A stretch of DNA of 51,120 nt, the filler included, from Diploschistes diacapsis (Eukaryota), in assembly GCA_023645945.1 (NCBI GenBank). It is 3 parts of 3 records of this genome, joined end to end, with 100 filler letters (N's around TTAATTAATTAA, not from the genome) between each part and the next. Parts side by side here need not be neighbours in the genome. Positions count along the whole stretch, not along the records: positions 34,153 to 51,120 come from JALAIB010000478.1; 2 more parts are not named here. One strand, 5' to 3'. The position numbers and the translations under genes are program-made. How positions within the stretch are numbered: the stretch's first letter is position 1; each line of letters opens with the position of its first letter. This document shows positions 34,153 to 45,400 of this stretch, piece by piece. A model generated the notes under the pieces. It ran no database searches and was not told the origin of the DNA. It worked only from the letters and a program-made list of their open reading frames with translations.

Positions 34153-36390
34153 GGTTTGGGAGAGGGCGGTGCCGGGCTGGGGCGTTAGGTGAGGGAAGGA
34201 GAAGAAAGGTGGAAGGGAATGAAATGGAATGAGAAGGGGAAAGGGTGAGCGGGTGTTTTGGTGCTGGGTGTGGATGGATTTGGGAGGATTTGGGGTGGGG
34301 AGCAAAAAGGAGAGTCGTGTGGGGAATCCGGCGTTTTGGTTGAGGATGAAGAGGGAATGTATGTCGGTTCCTTCCTTGATATGAGCTTGTAATTGAACAA
34401 CTCGATTTACATATGGGGTGGTCTACTTTGAATGAAAAACAGTAATCGAGGGGTTTTAAATCTTTTCTGACAGCATGCGTTTAGCATTGCTTCCCTCCCT
34501 CTTTTTCTCTCCTCCTCCTCCTGCTTCCCTCATCGGCTGTGTTTACCTTGTGCAGGGCGAGAGGGTGGCAAACTGTTTCTACGGTGCGAGTGAACGAGTA
34601 GCCGAATATAAAGGCACCTGCGAACCCCTCGCTAACATCAACACCAGCGCGCAGATACGTTCCTACGATCTGTTATACACGGCTTTCAAGGATGATGCGG
34701 TGAATCCGGAGAGGGGAGAAAGGTATCGCTATTCAGTCCCACAGCCGGGAGCGGAGGGCAGCCGGAGATGAAGATATTGTGGACATTTATAGGGCGTGGG
34801 GTAAGCAGCCAGGCGTTTTGCGAGGAGATGGGTGCCAATGTTTCCCCTGCCGGCTCTCGCCTTAAAGACTCTTAACAATCCACCGAATAGAAGACATGAG
34901 GGGGAAAAGAGAAGTCAGAGGGCTCAGCGATACTCACAGCAGATAAGTATAGTACCAACATCATACTTGCCATGATCGCCCTGCAGCTCGACCAGCCGTG
35001 TCCCATTTCCACCGCTTTCCACCCACCCTCTCCCTTTTCCTCTGAGTTCCCCTCGCTTTCGCCATCACTGGAGGCTTCGTCGTGGTCCCGATATTCATGA
35101 TTTCCGAGCGCACGCCATACCAGCCTCTGCCGTGGTGAATTTCCTCAATCTCCTAGCGGCTCGAAAAAGAGTGGATTCGGGATCATACGTAGCTCCCCAC
35201 GCCTGGGTGAGCTCGACAAGGGAGTTGTTGACGTTCTTGCTCCGTATGACCTTGGCTATTAGGGATAACAGAATTAGGTGGCCGCACTGGCAGCTCTATA
35301 TGGTAATTCTCTTCGTCGAGCGCTGGCTCTGCTCGATATACGAGTAGTGTCCAGGAAGAGCGCTCGAACATTATGGATGGCGCTTCGGCGTACCGAGATT
35401 TGGAGAGGAGGTTGTGGATTGTGTGACCGAGCTACCATGGAAGAAACGGGGGAGTTCTTCGTGGGTTGTATGACATGTTCTCTTTGATCAGACGGTAGGT
35501 CTAAGGTAGATACTTAAAAATGGCATGGTTCTCGCATCTCATCATTCTCGCCGAGTAGATGTATCGCAATACAAGGAGTCTGTCTGTTCTCGCAGTAACT
35601 CGACTCCCCACTCGCTGAATCACATGATTCGTGACGTTCCTCTAAACGGCCCTATCCAATATTGTTTGTATCCAATATTGTTTGTGCCTTTTCTCCTCCC
35701 TTTCCCATGGGACTTCAAAAACACCTGCCTGTTCATTGACATTAGGGCTGTTCGACTTTTCTGGCACCTGCGAAGTACATCTTCTGGTAATCCCTCAATT
35801 CTGCTTTCCGTAACCAGAGCCTGAAGTATCACCGTTCAGATGCTTGATACTCTACTCAAGAACGAGGATCATCCCGGATGTGCATCACATCGACTCGGTG
35901 TACCTTCGCCGACTGGAAACTCTCCTGATTACCTGATTAGGGTCACTGCAGCCTACCGAGCCTTAGCAGAAGATGAAGATGAGTTTATGAGTTGCTGTTA
36001 GGCTATTTCGTCCCCTCCATGTCCCTAGCAACGCCTTCATTGTTTCATATCAAGATCATGCGGAAAGAAGAAGCAAGCAGCCCCCAAGTTACGTTAGCGT
36101 GTTGCCCTTGTTGATTCAAGCTGATACCACTGGTCGTGAGTCGTGACTGCAAAATACTTATGCAAGCCATCACGACTCTGCATAAACTTCATGTATCTGT
36201 TTACTTGGATCACAAACTCTCTTCTTAGGTTGTTCCCTTCGTCCTTGCGTGCTTGGGCTGGCACTGGTAGGCAGTGGACATGCATAATACTAAAATGGGC
36301 CGATGCATCTATCTGTCAATGTATTGTCAATAAATTCATCACGGAAATTGGGCCTTGAAGCTTGTCATCTTTATTTATATGTCTACTTCC

Positions 36391-36415
36391 GCACAGCACA
36401 GCACAGCACAGCACA
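36391..36415. repeat. (GCACA)5 microsatellite
   Basis: gcacagcacagcacagcacagcaca read directly. Confidence 0.9.
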
Positions 36416-36828
36416 GGGGTTAGTAGATTTCAGCTCGCGATCCTATCATTACTTCGACCGTCTGTCTTCCCTGCCACCTCAACCCCGTCTACTCAAGGTT
36501 CAAGGGGTACTGGCAGATCGGGCTCGGGTTTCCGCTCAAGTTCAATATTCCTTAATCTGCTGCAGTAGCCGACTATGCATCTAGAGCCCAACATGAGCAC
36601 TAGATCAACCTTGGACTTGGGCAGCTTGGAGTTCCCTGTTTTGGTGCTGGCACAGCTCCCACGCAGGCTTCAAAACAGGCATTACAACAGGCATCGTCGG
36701 TATGGACGTGGGCTCTCTTTCTTTTCAAGTAAATACCCATACCAATCTCCGTTTTTCCTTGCCAAAGGTCGCCGCCACCGCTTCAACCTTCCTTGAATAA
36801 ATACTCCATCTCGTGAAACTCATGGTAG

Positions 36829-36834
36829 TATAAA
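36829..36834 (+). promoter_or_regulatory. Candidate TATA box of the small secreted protein gene
   Basis: TATAAA ~120 nt upstream of ATG 36952, followed by a CT-rich tract. Confidence 0.45.
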
Positions 36835-36951
36835 GAGCAAGTCAAAAACCGTCTACCTTCCCTCTTCTTTTCTCCAAGTCCAATCGCAACTTTGCACTCA
36901 ACTTGAAAAACTCACCGCTTATGCCCAAGACTCCGCTCGTTTCTCCCTGAA

Positions 36952-37578
36952 ATGCATCTTACTACTCTTATTAAAGCCTTCGCCTTGGCCACCAGTATTG
37001 GCATCACTTCGGCTGCCCCAGTCAGCAATGACCTCGTCAGTCGCCAGACCCTCGGTGTCCCTGGCGGCCAAGGTGCTTTGCACCTTCTAGATTCCGACGG
37101 AAATGCGGTCGGCTGCATTGAGTTCGTGACCTGAATACTCCGCATCTCTAAATACCACTATTAACATATGTGCTTGGGTATCGTGGCCATATCTCCTCAG
37201 ATCCGACCTCGTCAGACTGCTATCAGTGGTTCAATGCAGACGAGTACTCGGACATGAAGTCGGCTGCTTTTGGCAACCAGGCCGGGCCCTGCACCTTCTA
37301 CCCATTCATCGATAACTCGTACAATTATACGTGTAGCGAAGAGTGCATTGCCCCAGACTATGTTGAGAGTACCTTTCAGGTAAGCCATACTTATAATTCC
37401 AAATATGGGACGCGAGATATGGAAACCGACCGTATAATAGGAATTCCCCAACGGTACTCTTTTCAATAGCGGGAAAAACAGCCTCTACGTGTACGCCTAC
37501 GAAGTGGCCCAAGGCCAGACCATCTCATTGAAGGAGCGCCCGGTCCAGCTCATGCTGTCCTTCGTCCAGTCTTTGTAG
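36952..37578 (+). CDS. Small secreted cysteine-containing protein (~169 aa), exons 36952-37121, 37178-37379, 37441-37578; intron 1 non-canonical (possible pseudogene)
   Basis: Signal peptide MHLTTLIKAFALATSIGITSAAP and propeptide ending SRQ. Exon 2-3 junction is canonical (GTAAGC..ATAG). Exon 3 is open to TAG 37578. Intron 1 restores the frame only with a GG acceptor. Confidence 0.7.
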
Positions 37579-38465
37579 AAATCTACTGGCGCTGAAGAGG
37601 TAAGTTTCTTCCTTCAAAACCCTATTCTTACTTGAACAATAGGATTCTAATGTGAAAAAACAGTAACCGGATAGATGGAATGATCTGTCGAGGACCTGCC
37701 TACTTGAAAGATCTTAACGCCAGTCCCCTCAAGAGTCCAAAGGAGAGCACCAAGAAAATCAGGGTTATCGTGGCGTTTGGTGGCAGAAAGTAACGAAAGC
37801 AGATACCGATTGGCTAACAGAGGCTTCTAATCGCTTGTCCAGGAGTCCAGACATGCGCACTCAGAAACTGGAATAATAGCCATTAAGTCGTGAGCTTGAA
37901 AAGCTTCTTAATCCTTTCACAACTTCTTCCAACTTCCCTGATTCTCATGGCTCCCCTGTTGGGACGCCATATGCTCAAGTACGTCTATGTTAGTGGAATC
38001 AATAAAAATACCATCCTCAGCCTTGTTCTTGAAAATAGTTCTGATTCTTACCTGCTGCCCACCCCCATTGATTGTGATGAGACAGCGTACAAGTATATCT
38101 GTAAAGTATTTAGACCCTTGGAACTTTAAGTATATATATCTACTAGATCGACTTTCAGAAATTAAAGTGCTTTTTTTCTATAGTACAATAATCGTTCGAC
38201 CGTTGGGCTTACACTCGCTACTAAGCCCATTATTGGCACGATAACCGTTATCCGGCAGAGTTGCTTATTTCATGCTAACAAGTCAGGCATGACTTGAAGA
38301 ATGTGTAGCCAAATCGACATGTCATGAAGGCGCGCTGTTCATGCTAAAAGAGACATGAACCTCACAGATCATCGAAATGGTACATGATAAGAAGAAAACA
38401 ATATTATTTATATAGCCAAACACATATTTCCCCATAAGCAACAATACTTCATACGCAGGCACGCA

Positions 38466-39597
38466 ATGTCGCTTTTCCAGCTGCCCCAGTTCGAGTACGG
38501 TACTACAACTCCCTGCAATTTCTCAACACACCTTCTAACCTTGCCCCCGAACTGTGCAATCCAATTCACCCACTGACATCTTCCCAGACTGGATCCTCGA
38601 CTCCGGCTACCTTCCCAGCGCCCTGATCCGCACCGGAATCCGCTATCAGCTGCGCCAGCGCCTGGCCTCCATCGCCAGCACCTCCGCCAGCGCCGCCCTC
38701 GCCGGCAAGATGCGCTTCGTCCACGTGCTGCGCTCGCGGCCCATCGCCGTCGAAACCGCCGCCGCCAACGAGCAGCACTACGAGGTCGGCACGGGCGTCC
38801 TGCGGGCGTGCCTGGGCCCGCGCATGAAGTACAGCTGCTGCCTGTACCCGAAGGGCAGCGAGACGCTGGGGCAGGCCGAGATGGAGATGCTGGATCTGTA
38901 CGTGGAACGGGCGGGGCTGAGGGACGGGATGAGGGTGCTGGATCTCGGGTGCGGGTGGGGATCCGCGAGCTTGTACCTGGCCGAGGTCTTCCCGCGGTCG
39001 CGCATCACGGCCTTTTCGAACTCGAGGTCGCAGAAAGCGTACATTGACGCGCGGGCGGAGGAGAAGGGGTTGACGAACCTGGAGGTGATCACGGGGGACG
39101 TGGTGGACTACGATTTCGAGCGCGAGAGCTTCGATCGTGTTGTGTCCATCGAGCTGTTCGAGCACATGAAGAACTACGAGCTGCTGATGGCCAAGGTGGC
39201 GCGTGCGCTGAAGCCGGGAGGGAAGCTGTTCGTACATATCTTTGCCACTACCTCGGCCCCGTACCACTTCGAGGATGGCTGGATGACCAAGTACTTTTTC
39301 ACCGGCGGAACCATGCCCAGTGCGGACTTGCTGCTCTACTTCCAGAGGGATCTGAAGATTGTGGAGCAGTGGTGGGTCAATGGGCGGCACTATGCTCGGA
39401 CCTGCGAGGACTGGCTGGAGAAGATGAACCATAGCAGGAAAGAAATCTGGCCGCATTTGCAGGAGACATACGGAAAGGCGGACGCTCAGACGTGGTTCTA
39501 CCGATGGCAGATCTTCTATATGGCGTGCGCCGAGTTGTTCGCGTTCGAGGGAGGAGATACATGGGGCGTCAGCCACTATCTGTTTGAAAAGCCATAA
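38466..39597 (+). CDS. SAM-dependent methyltransferase, cyclopropane-fatty-acid synthase / coclaurine N-methyltransferase-like; intron ~38500-38587
   Basis: ANEQHYEV, LGPRMKYSCCLY, VLDLGCGWGS, FSNSRSQK, DRVVSIELFEHMKNY, YFFTGGTMPS, VNGRHYARTCEDWL, WQIFYMACAELF, WGVSHYLF. Confidence 0.92.
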
Positions 39598-40556
39598 AAG
39601 TTAGACCCGTTTTGCGGCCATTGTTGATAGATATAGATCTTGCTTGATGCTCTGATAGTTATAACCGCTCTTTAATATGTACAGTACCCTCTAAAGCCAG
39701 CAAATCCCAATTCGATGACCCAAACCCACACGACTGCCTTGACTTCCCTCTTGTTGTCTTTTCAATGGTCCCAAGGGTGCTTCAGCCCCAACAGCACAGC
39801 CCCATCTTTCTTCGCACGATAGAATAGCTAACCGGAACGTCAGCTCTCGCCCGCCCAAGTCTAGGAGATCAGTTCGCGTACGAAGAACCACATTGAGGCC
39901 CCCAAAGCTGTTGCTGTCCACGTGTACCATCTCGACGGCTGTGGCGGGGGCTATTAGCACAGGATCATGAATGGATCGAGTAGAAACGCACTGCGTGTAT
40001 GTGGATTGGGTGAGCGCCCTTGGGCGGACTGTGGTAGGGACCGGCCATCTCGAACCAAGTATCGAAAGATTCGATTTTACGCAGAGATAGCGAGATGGCT
40101 TTGCTGTTGCCCTAGCTTTTTTGTCGAGGAAGAATGAGTGGTAGAAGAAGTCGTCTTTCCTCTTCGATCTCTTCTTGCGCTGGAATGAGGTTCTCAGTGG
40201 GCTTCATAAGGCAGAGAAAGTGGGTTGACGCGCTAGCCAGCTTGTCGATTTAGTGCTTGAATGCTGTGGCTGGTGGCATTCCGCTAGATCTGTCAGATCC
40301 CGAGAGAGGTTAGGAACATGGGATTCCCCATCCTGTTCATATTGGGGGAACCTTAACCGAACCACTACGGTGTGTTACTTAATGTACTGGCTATTGTACT
40401 GTGGTGTTTAATTGTTCCATGCTCAGAGCATCGTTTGCAACGAAAAGCTTGACGATGACTTACCAACATACCTTCTACAGGTGACTTCAAGTGGTAGCTC
40501 CTAGTTACCCCAACTCTCCTTTGCTCTTTTTCTAAGCTCATACCTTACCTGCCACG

Positions 40557-42139
40557 ATGCCTGATGTGCAGAGCAATGGTACTCCCGGCCAAACAATCAC
40601 ACCGTCGAAGGCGCAAAGCGAGCACCCAGATGTCCCGTACGAGCGCCGACCCGACGGGCAGCCTCGATTCCAAGGATGCTCGAAGATCAACGCATACGAA
40701 GTCCTCGGGAAACTAGGCGAGGGTACGTTTGGTCTGGTTCACAAGGCACGTCAAATCAAAACTGGACAGATCGTTGCGCTTAAAAAGATCCTTATGCACA
40801 ACGAGAAAGATGGCTTTCCGATCACCGCGCTTCGCGAGATCAAGCTTCTCAAGTTGCTGTCGCATCCGAACATCCTCAAACTTGAAGAGATGGCAGTCGA
40901 AACACGAAAAGGTGAAGGGAAAAAGAAAGCGTTCATGTATATGGTGACACCATATATGGATCATGACTTATCTGGTCTCCTCGAGAATCCCGCCGTCCGG
41001 ATGACAGAGCCTCAGATCAAGTGCTACATGCTTCAGCTACTGGAAGGGGTAAGGTATCTACACTCGCAAAAGATACTTCATCGAGACATGAAAGCCGCGA
41101 ACCTCCTCATCAACAACAAAGGTATTCTGCAGATCGCCGACTTCGGCCTGGCGCGACCGTACGATGAAAGTCCACCACAAGCTGGAAAGGGCGGAGGCGA
41201 AGCGAGTCGAGATTACACAACGCTGGTGGTAACCCGCTGGTATCGACCCCCAGAACTCCTGCTCCAACTCCGAAAATACACCACAGCCATCGACATGTGG
41301 GGCGTCGGCTGCGTCTTCGGCGAGATGTTCAAAAAGCGCCCCATCCTTGCGGGTAAAAGCGACCTGCACCAGATCCAGCTGATCTTCGCCCTCGTAGGCT
41401 CGCCCACGGAAGAAAACATGCCAGGATGGAGCGAACTTCCTGGCTTCAAAAAAGACGGCATAACCTCCTACGGCCTACAGAAGGGCACGCTGGACCAACA
41501 ATTCCGTGACCAAGGCGCCGGCGTGATCTCGCTCCTCGCGCAGCTCCTCGTCCTCGACTGGCGCAAGCGCATCAACGCCATCGACGCCCTCGAACACCCG
41601 TACTTCAAATCCGCTCCCTTCCCCGCCCGTCCCGCCGACATTCCCCAGTTTGAAGAATCGCACGAGCTCGACCGCCGGAAATTTCGTGACCAGCAGGCCG
41701 CCCCTCCTCCCGCACCCGCCGGCGGAAGCGTGGGCATGGGCCCGGAGAAGGGCGGCGAGTGGGGCCCCAACGGCGCAAACGGTCACCCACCGCGCCGCTC
41801 CGGCCCGCCGCCGCGCCGCAACGACTTCGACAACCGTGCCCCTCCTCCACACCACCATCGACAACAACGAGCCCCACCGCCTTACCACGACCGAGACCGA
41901 GACCTAGACCGAGACCGTGACCGTGACCGCGACCCGCACAACGACCGCGACCGCCGACCCGCGTGGGACCGAGGCGGTCCGCCTCCGCACCGAGGGCCAT
42001 ATGGCGGCGGCGGAGGCGGCGGGCCAAACCTCGGCCTGCCCCCTCGGCCAAACTTCGACGCGTCCTGGTCCCAGCTCGACGGCCCCGCTGACCCTTCACG
42101 GGGCCCTGCGCCACCGCCACGACATCAACCGGGCAGACT

Positions 42140-42170
<31 letters not shown>

Positions 42171-42206
42171 CAGGGCGGCGTTCATTTACGAAATCTTGAA
42201 GTTTAG
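40557..42206 (+). CDS. BUR1: Cyclin-dependent kinase Bur1/Sgv1 (CDK9 family)
   Basis: GEGTFG, PITALRE cyclin-binding motif, [28 protein letters not shown] and [11 protein letters not shown], followed by a Pro/Arg/Asp-rich tail. The exact C-terminus is uncertain. Confidence 0.93.
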
Positions 42207-42496
42207 CTGGTGTGTCTCACTAGCTTTTTACACTAGTTATTACTTACGTGTATGATGCGTAATGAATGTTGATATCACACATCTTATTCATTTAGACAAT
42301 GCAGCGTGTGCGACGAGGTGACTTATCGAAGACATGAAGTAGGTAAGATAGACGCTCATCAAAAAATGCAGTCTATCGGATGTGGTACACATACATATGA
42401 AATCTCGCTTCGACCAAAAAGACATTCCACCAAATGCCGCTCCTAAACACCTGGTACATGCCGGTTGAAGATGGCCAAATCTCTATAATATGCATG

Positions 42497-45400
42497 CTAC
42501 GTACCGTAATACCCGTCCTGGTTATGGTAGCGCCTGTCACTCTGCTGTGAACGATATTGATACCCCCCTTGTTGTTGTTGTTGTTGTTGTTGCTGCTGCT
42601 GCTGCTGCTGCTGTTGGTACCCTTGTTGTGGTTGTTGATTTTGTTGCTGCCAAGGACTATGCGCCGTTGGCCCACCGTACCCATACTGCTGCGACTGGTC
42701 ATAGCCTCCCTGACCATACTGGTTGATGTACTGCTGCTGCTGCGGGTCCCATCCCGCCGAATCCACCTGCGGCGTCAGGGGGAACATGCCAGGGATCTGC
42801 ATCTGCGGACTCGGCTGCGGATAATGATGGTTTTGCTGTGGGCTCTGTTGAAGGGTTTGATGTGCCTGCTGTTGGCGCTGCGCAATGGCCTGTTGCACCA
42901 TGTACGAAGAACCGCTATACCCCTCTTTGGCTGCCTTCTTTTCTTGCTCTCTCGCCTCAATGGCCCCGACGAGTCCGCCTTGTGACCGTGATCGTTGGTG
43001 GCTGGCATTGCCAGCAAGGCTTATAAGCGGGGAGTTCGTCATACGAGCCACGTGCTCTTGTTCTCTGGCTGACAGATGTTGGCTATAATCTTGCTGAGGG
43101 GAGCTCATTACCGCCCCGGCGCCTCTGGAGTTGGGGCGAGGTGCGCCAGACCAGTCGCCTGATATAGGCCGGGAGGCGAGAGGAGGTGTTCGGGAGTCTT
43201 GGCGACTATGAGCACGAGGAGGGGTGCCAGGGCCTTGACGCTGCTGTTGAGCGGAGTAGGCAGGTACACGATTAGCTGCGGCGCGTTGTTTGACATATTG
43301 CTCGGGTGAGAGGGAAGGGCCAGGGGATTGCCGACCTGTCCCCATCGTGGTGGCTCCAGGCTGCCAGAGGATGCCTTTCCGGTTCTCGCCAGCTTCGCCA
43401 TCCGGGGTTGTGAGGGCAGACCTGCCGGGCGATCGGTTGTATGCGTCGATCACGTGAGAAGGGGTGACGTGACCCCTACCGCTTTGGGGGTGGTCGTAAC
43501 TGGCATTGGCAGGCCCGTAACCTAGCTTATCTGCTGATCTCGATCGCCCGTGCGCAGGCTGTAGCTCGGGTCTGTATAGCTGTGTTGGGCCGAAGTCGAT
43601 ATTTGGAATATCTGCACCAGGAGGTTTGTCCTCGTCGGACTTGTATCGAACGTCGCCGACGACCACTTCTTTTTCGGAAGGATCGACAGTTCCTACAGTC
43701 TTCAAGACGCCGGTACGCGGTCTGTCTGCCAAAGGTCCACCAGCCACCGATGCTTCCGGACTATCGTAATTAGGGGATGCAACGGAATCCGTGTCGTAGT
43801 GACTGCTATCTTCGCTATAACGAGTCGTATCGGTCCTCTGAGAAGCAACAGTATCCATACGGTTGATGATAGCATCGTCGACGTCGCGGATGCGGTACTC
43901 TTCATTGGGCGGTGTTGCTGGCCGTTGCGATTCCTTGGTAGGAGCGGGTACCGGTTTCCGTGTGATTCTTCCGGCGCTGATGGGACGGCTAGGCTTATCT
44001 TCAGATGTGATGGGGGAAACAAAGGGGGAGACTGCCGGCAGCGTCGATCCGTACAATTCGGGCGTCTGAAAGTAGGAGTCGGAGTTTTCTGGAGTTCTTG
44101 GTCGAGGAGAAAGTGTGGAGACCTGCGATAAGGGAGATACACTGCGAGAGAAATTCTGTTTCGGAGCCCTCAGGCCTGACGCTGGGCCTTGCGTACCCGT
44201 TGGGGACGGTTCCTCCGGAGACCGAGATGGCGACGGGTTTTGTGGTAGTCCAGCGTTCTCTAGTGCCAGTAGTCCTTTGTTTCGAAATTCATAGTCAGCG
44301 GCCAATTCACTGCCAGCAACATCATAGTCATCATTTACCCCTCTGTACCCCCGATCCTCTGATCGTCTCCCACCGCCCCGCGCAGCGCTTGCCATGGTAG
44401 CAGCGGCTGCTGCACCAGCCACACCCGAATCCGCAGCACCTGCAGCACTGTTAGTCCCAGCATTGGTTGCTGCAGCAAGCTGCGACAGAGTCGTGCTGGA
44501 CATGCGACTGTTAGCACGACGTAATTCTGGAGAATGATATGGTCTTTTCGTAGGCTTTGCGCCAGGCTCGTGTGAGAAGCCGGGAGGCGCCGCCACTGGA
44601 GATGGTGGCTTGGTCGGAGCAACCACCTGCGCCGTTTGACCCTCCGAAGGGGGAGTATCTGGGAAGCGACGTTCGCTTTCGGAACTGCTCCGGTATTGGG
44701 GTCCGTCCAAGCTCTGTCGCGATGCTTGGCTTGGAGCATGTCCCGAGTTGATCGGCACAGCATGCGCAGGCGGAGGTGGTGCCTCCGCCTCAAGCTCCTC
44801 CGGCTCTTCGTCAAAAGAGTCCCGCGGCCCATCAGTATCTCGTGATAAGCGTGACGGAAGGTAGGGCCCAGCATCTGTAAGGTTCCGCGCACGTCTGTGC
44901 ACTGGCGGTGCTGGTTTCAGTTCGGAGGAAATGGATCGTGAATGTTTCACGGTGCTCTCCGGTGGCTGGAATGGCCCAGATCCGGGAGGGGCAGAGTCTG
45001 TGTGCGGAAGCGGCGGCGGCGGCGGCTTGAAGTCAGGGGTATCGTGTAGAGAAGGTGTAGACCTCATCGAGGCCGCATCCCCGAATCGAAGCGTGCTGGA
45101 GCGCGAAGGAAGGCTGTTGCGATGCGTGTGACCACGCATGCTTCCGATTCTGCTGGCCTGGCTCTGTTGCCGAGACATCTTCGAGATACGCTGAGCGGTA
45201 AGCTGCTTGAGCTCCCGTTTCCATTCAGACTCTTTCCAAGCCTGGCTCCCGGGAGCGTGGACGAGTCCCGCAACATCCAGGATTTCCAAGTAGCCGTAGC
45301 GATCGCCCCTCGGCATCGCAAACATGAGGCTTCGTGTGTCCAGCGTGTCCGGTATCAGCTTTGCGGGTCGTCCGTACAGTGCGAAAACGTCCCAAATGGG

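Noticed and set aside
35260..35277. TAGGGATAACAG, the first 12 nt of the I-SceI site / organellar LSU rRNA motif
   Set aside because: The remaining bases and the flanks do not match; insufficient for a NUMT or homing site.
38566..39576. 336-aa antisense ORF over the methyltransferase (similarly 26237-27313, 26781-27656, 28098-29021, 31941-32639, 17640-18311)
   Set aside because: Shadow ORFs expected from high GC3 codon bias; no motifs, and fully overlapping well-supported genes.
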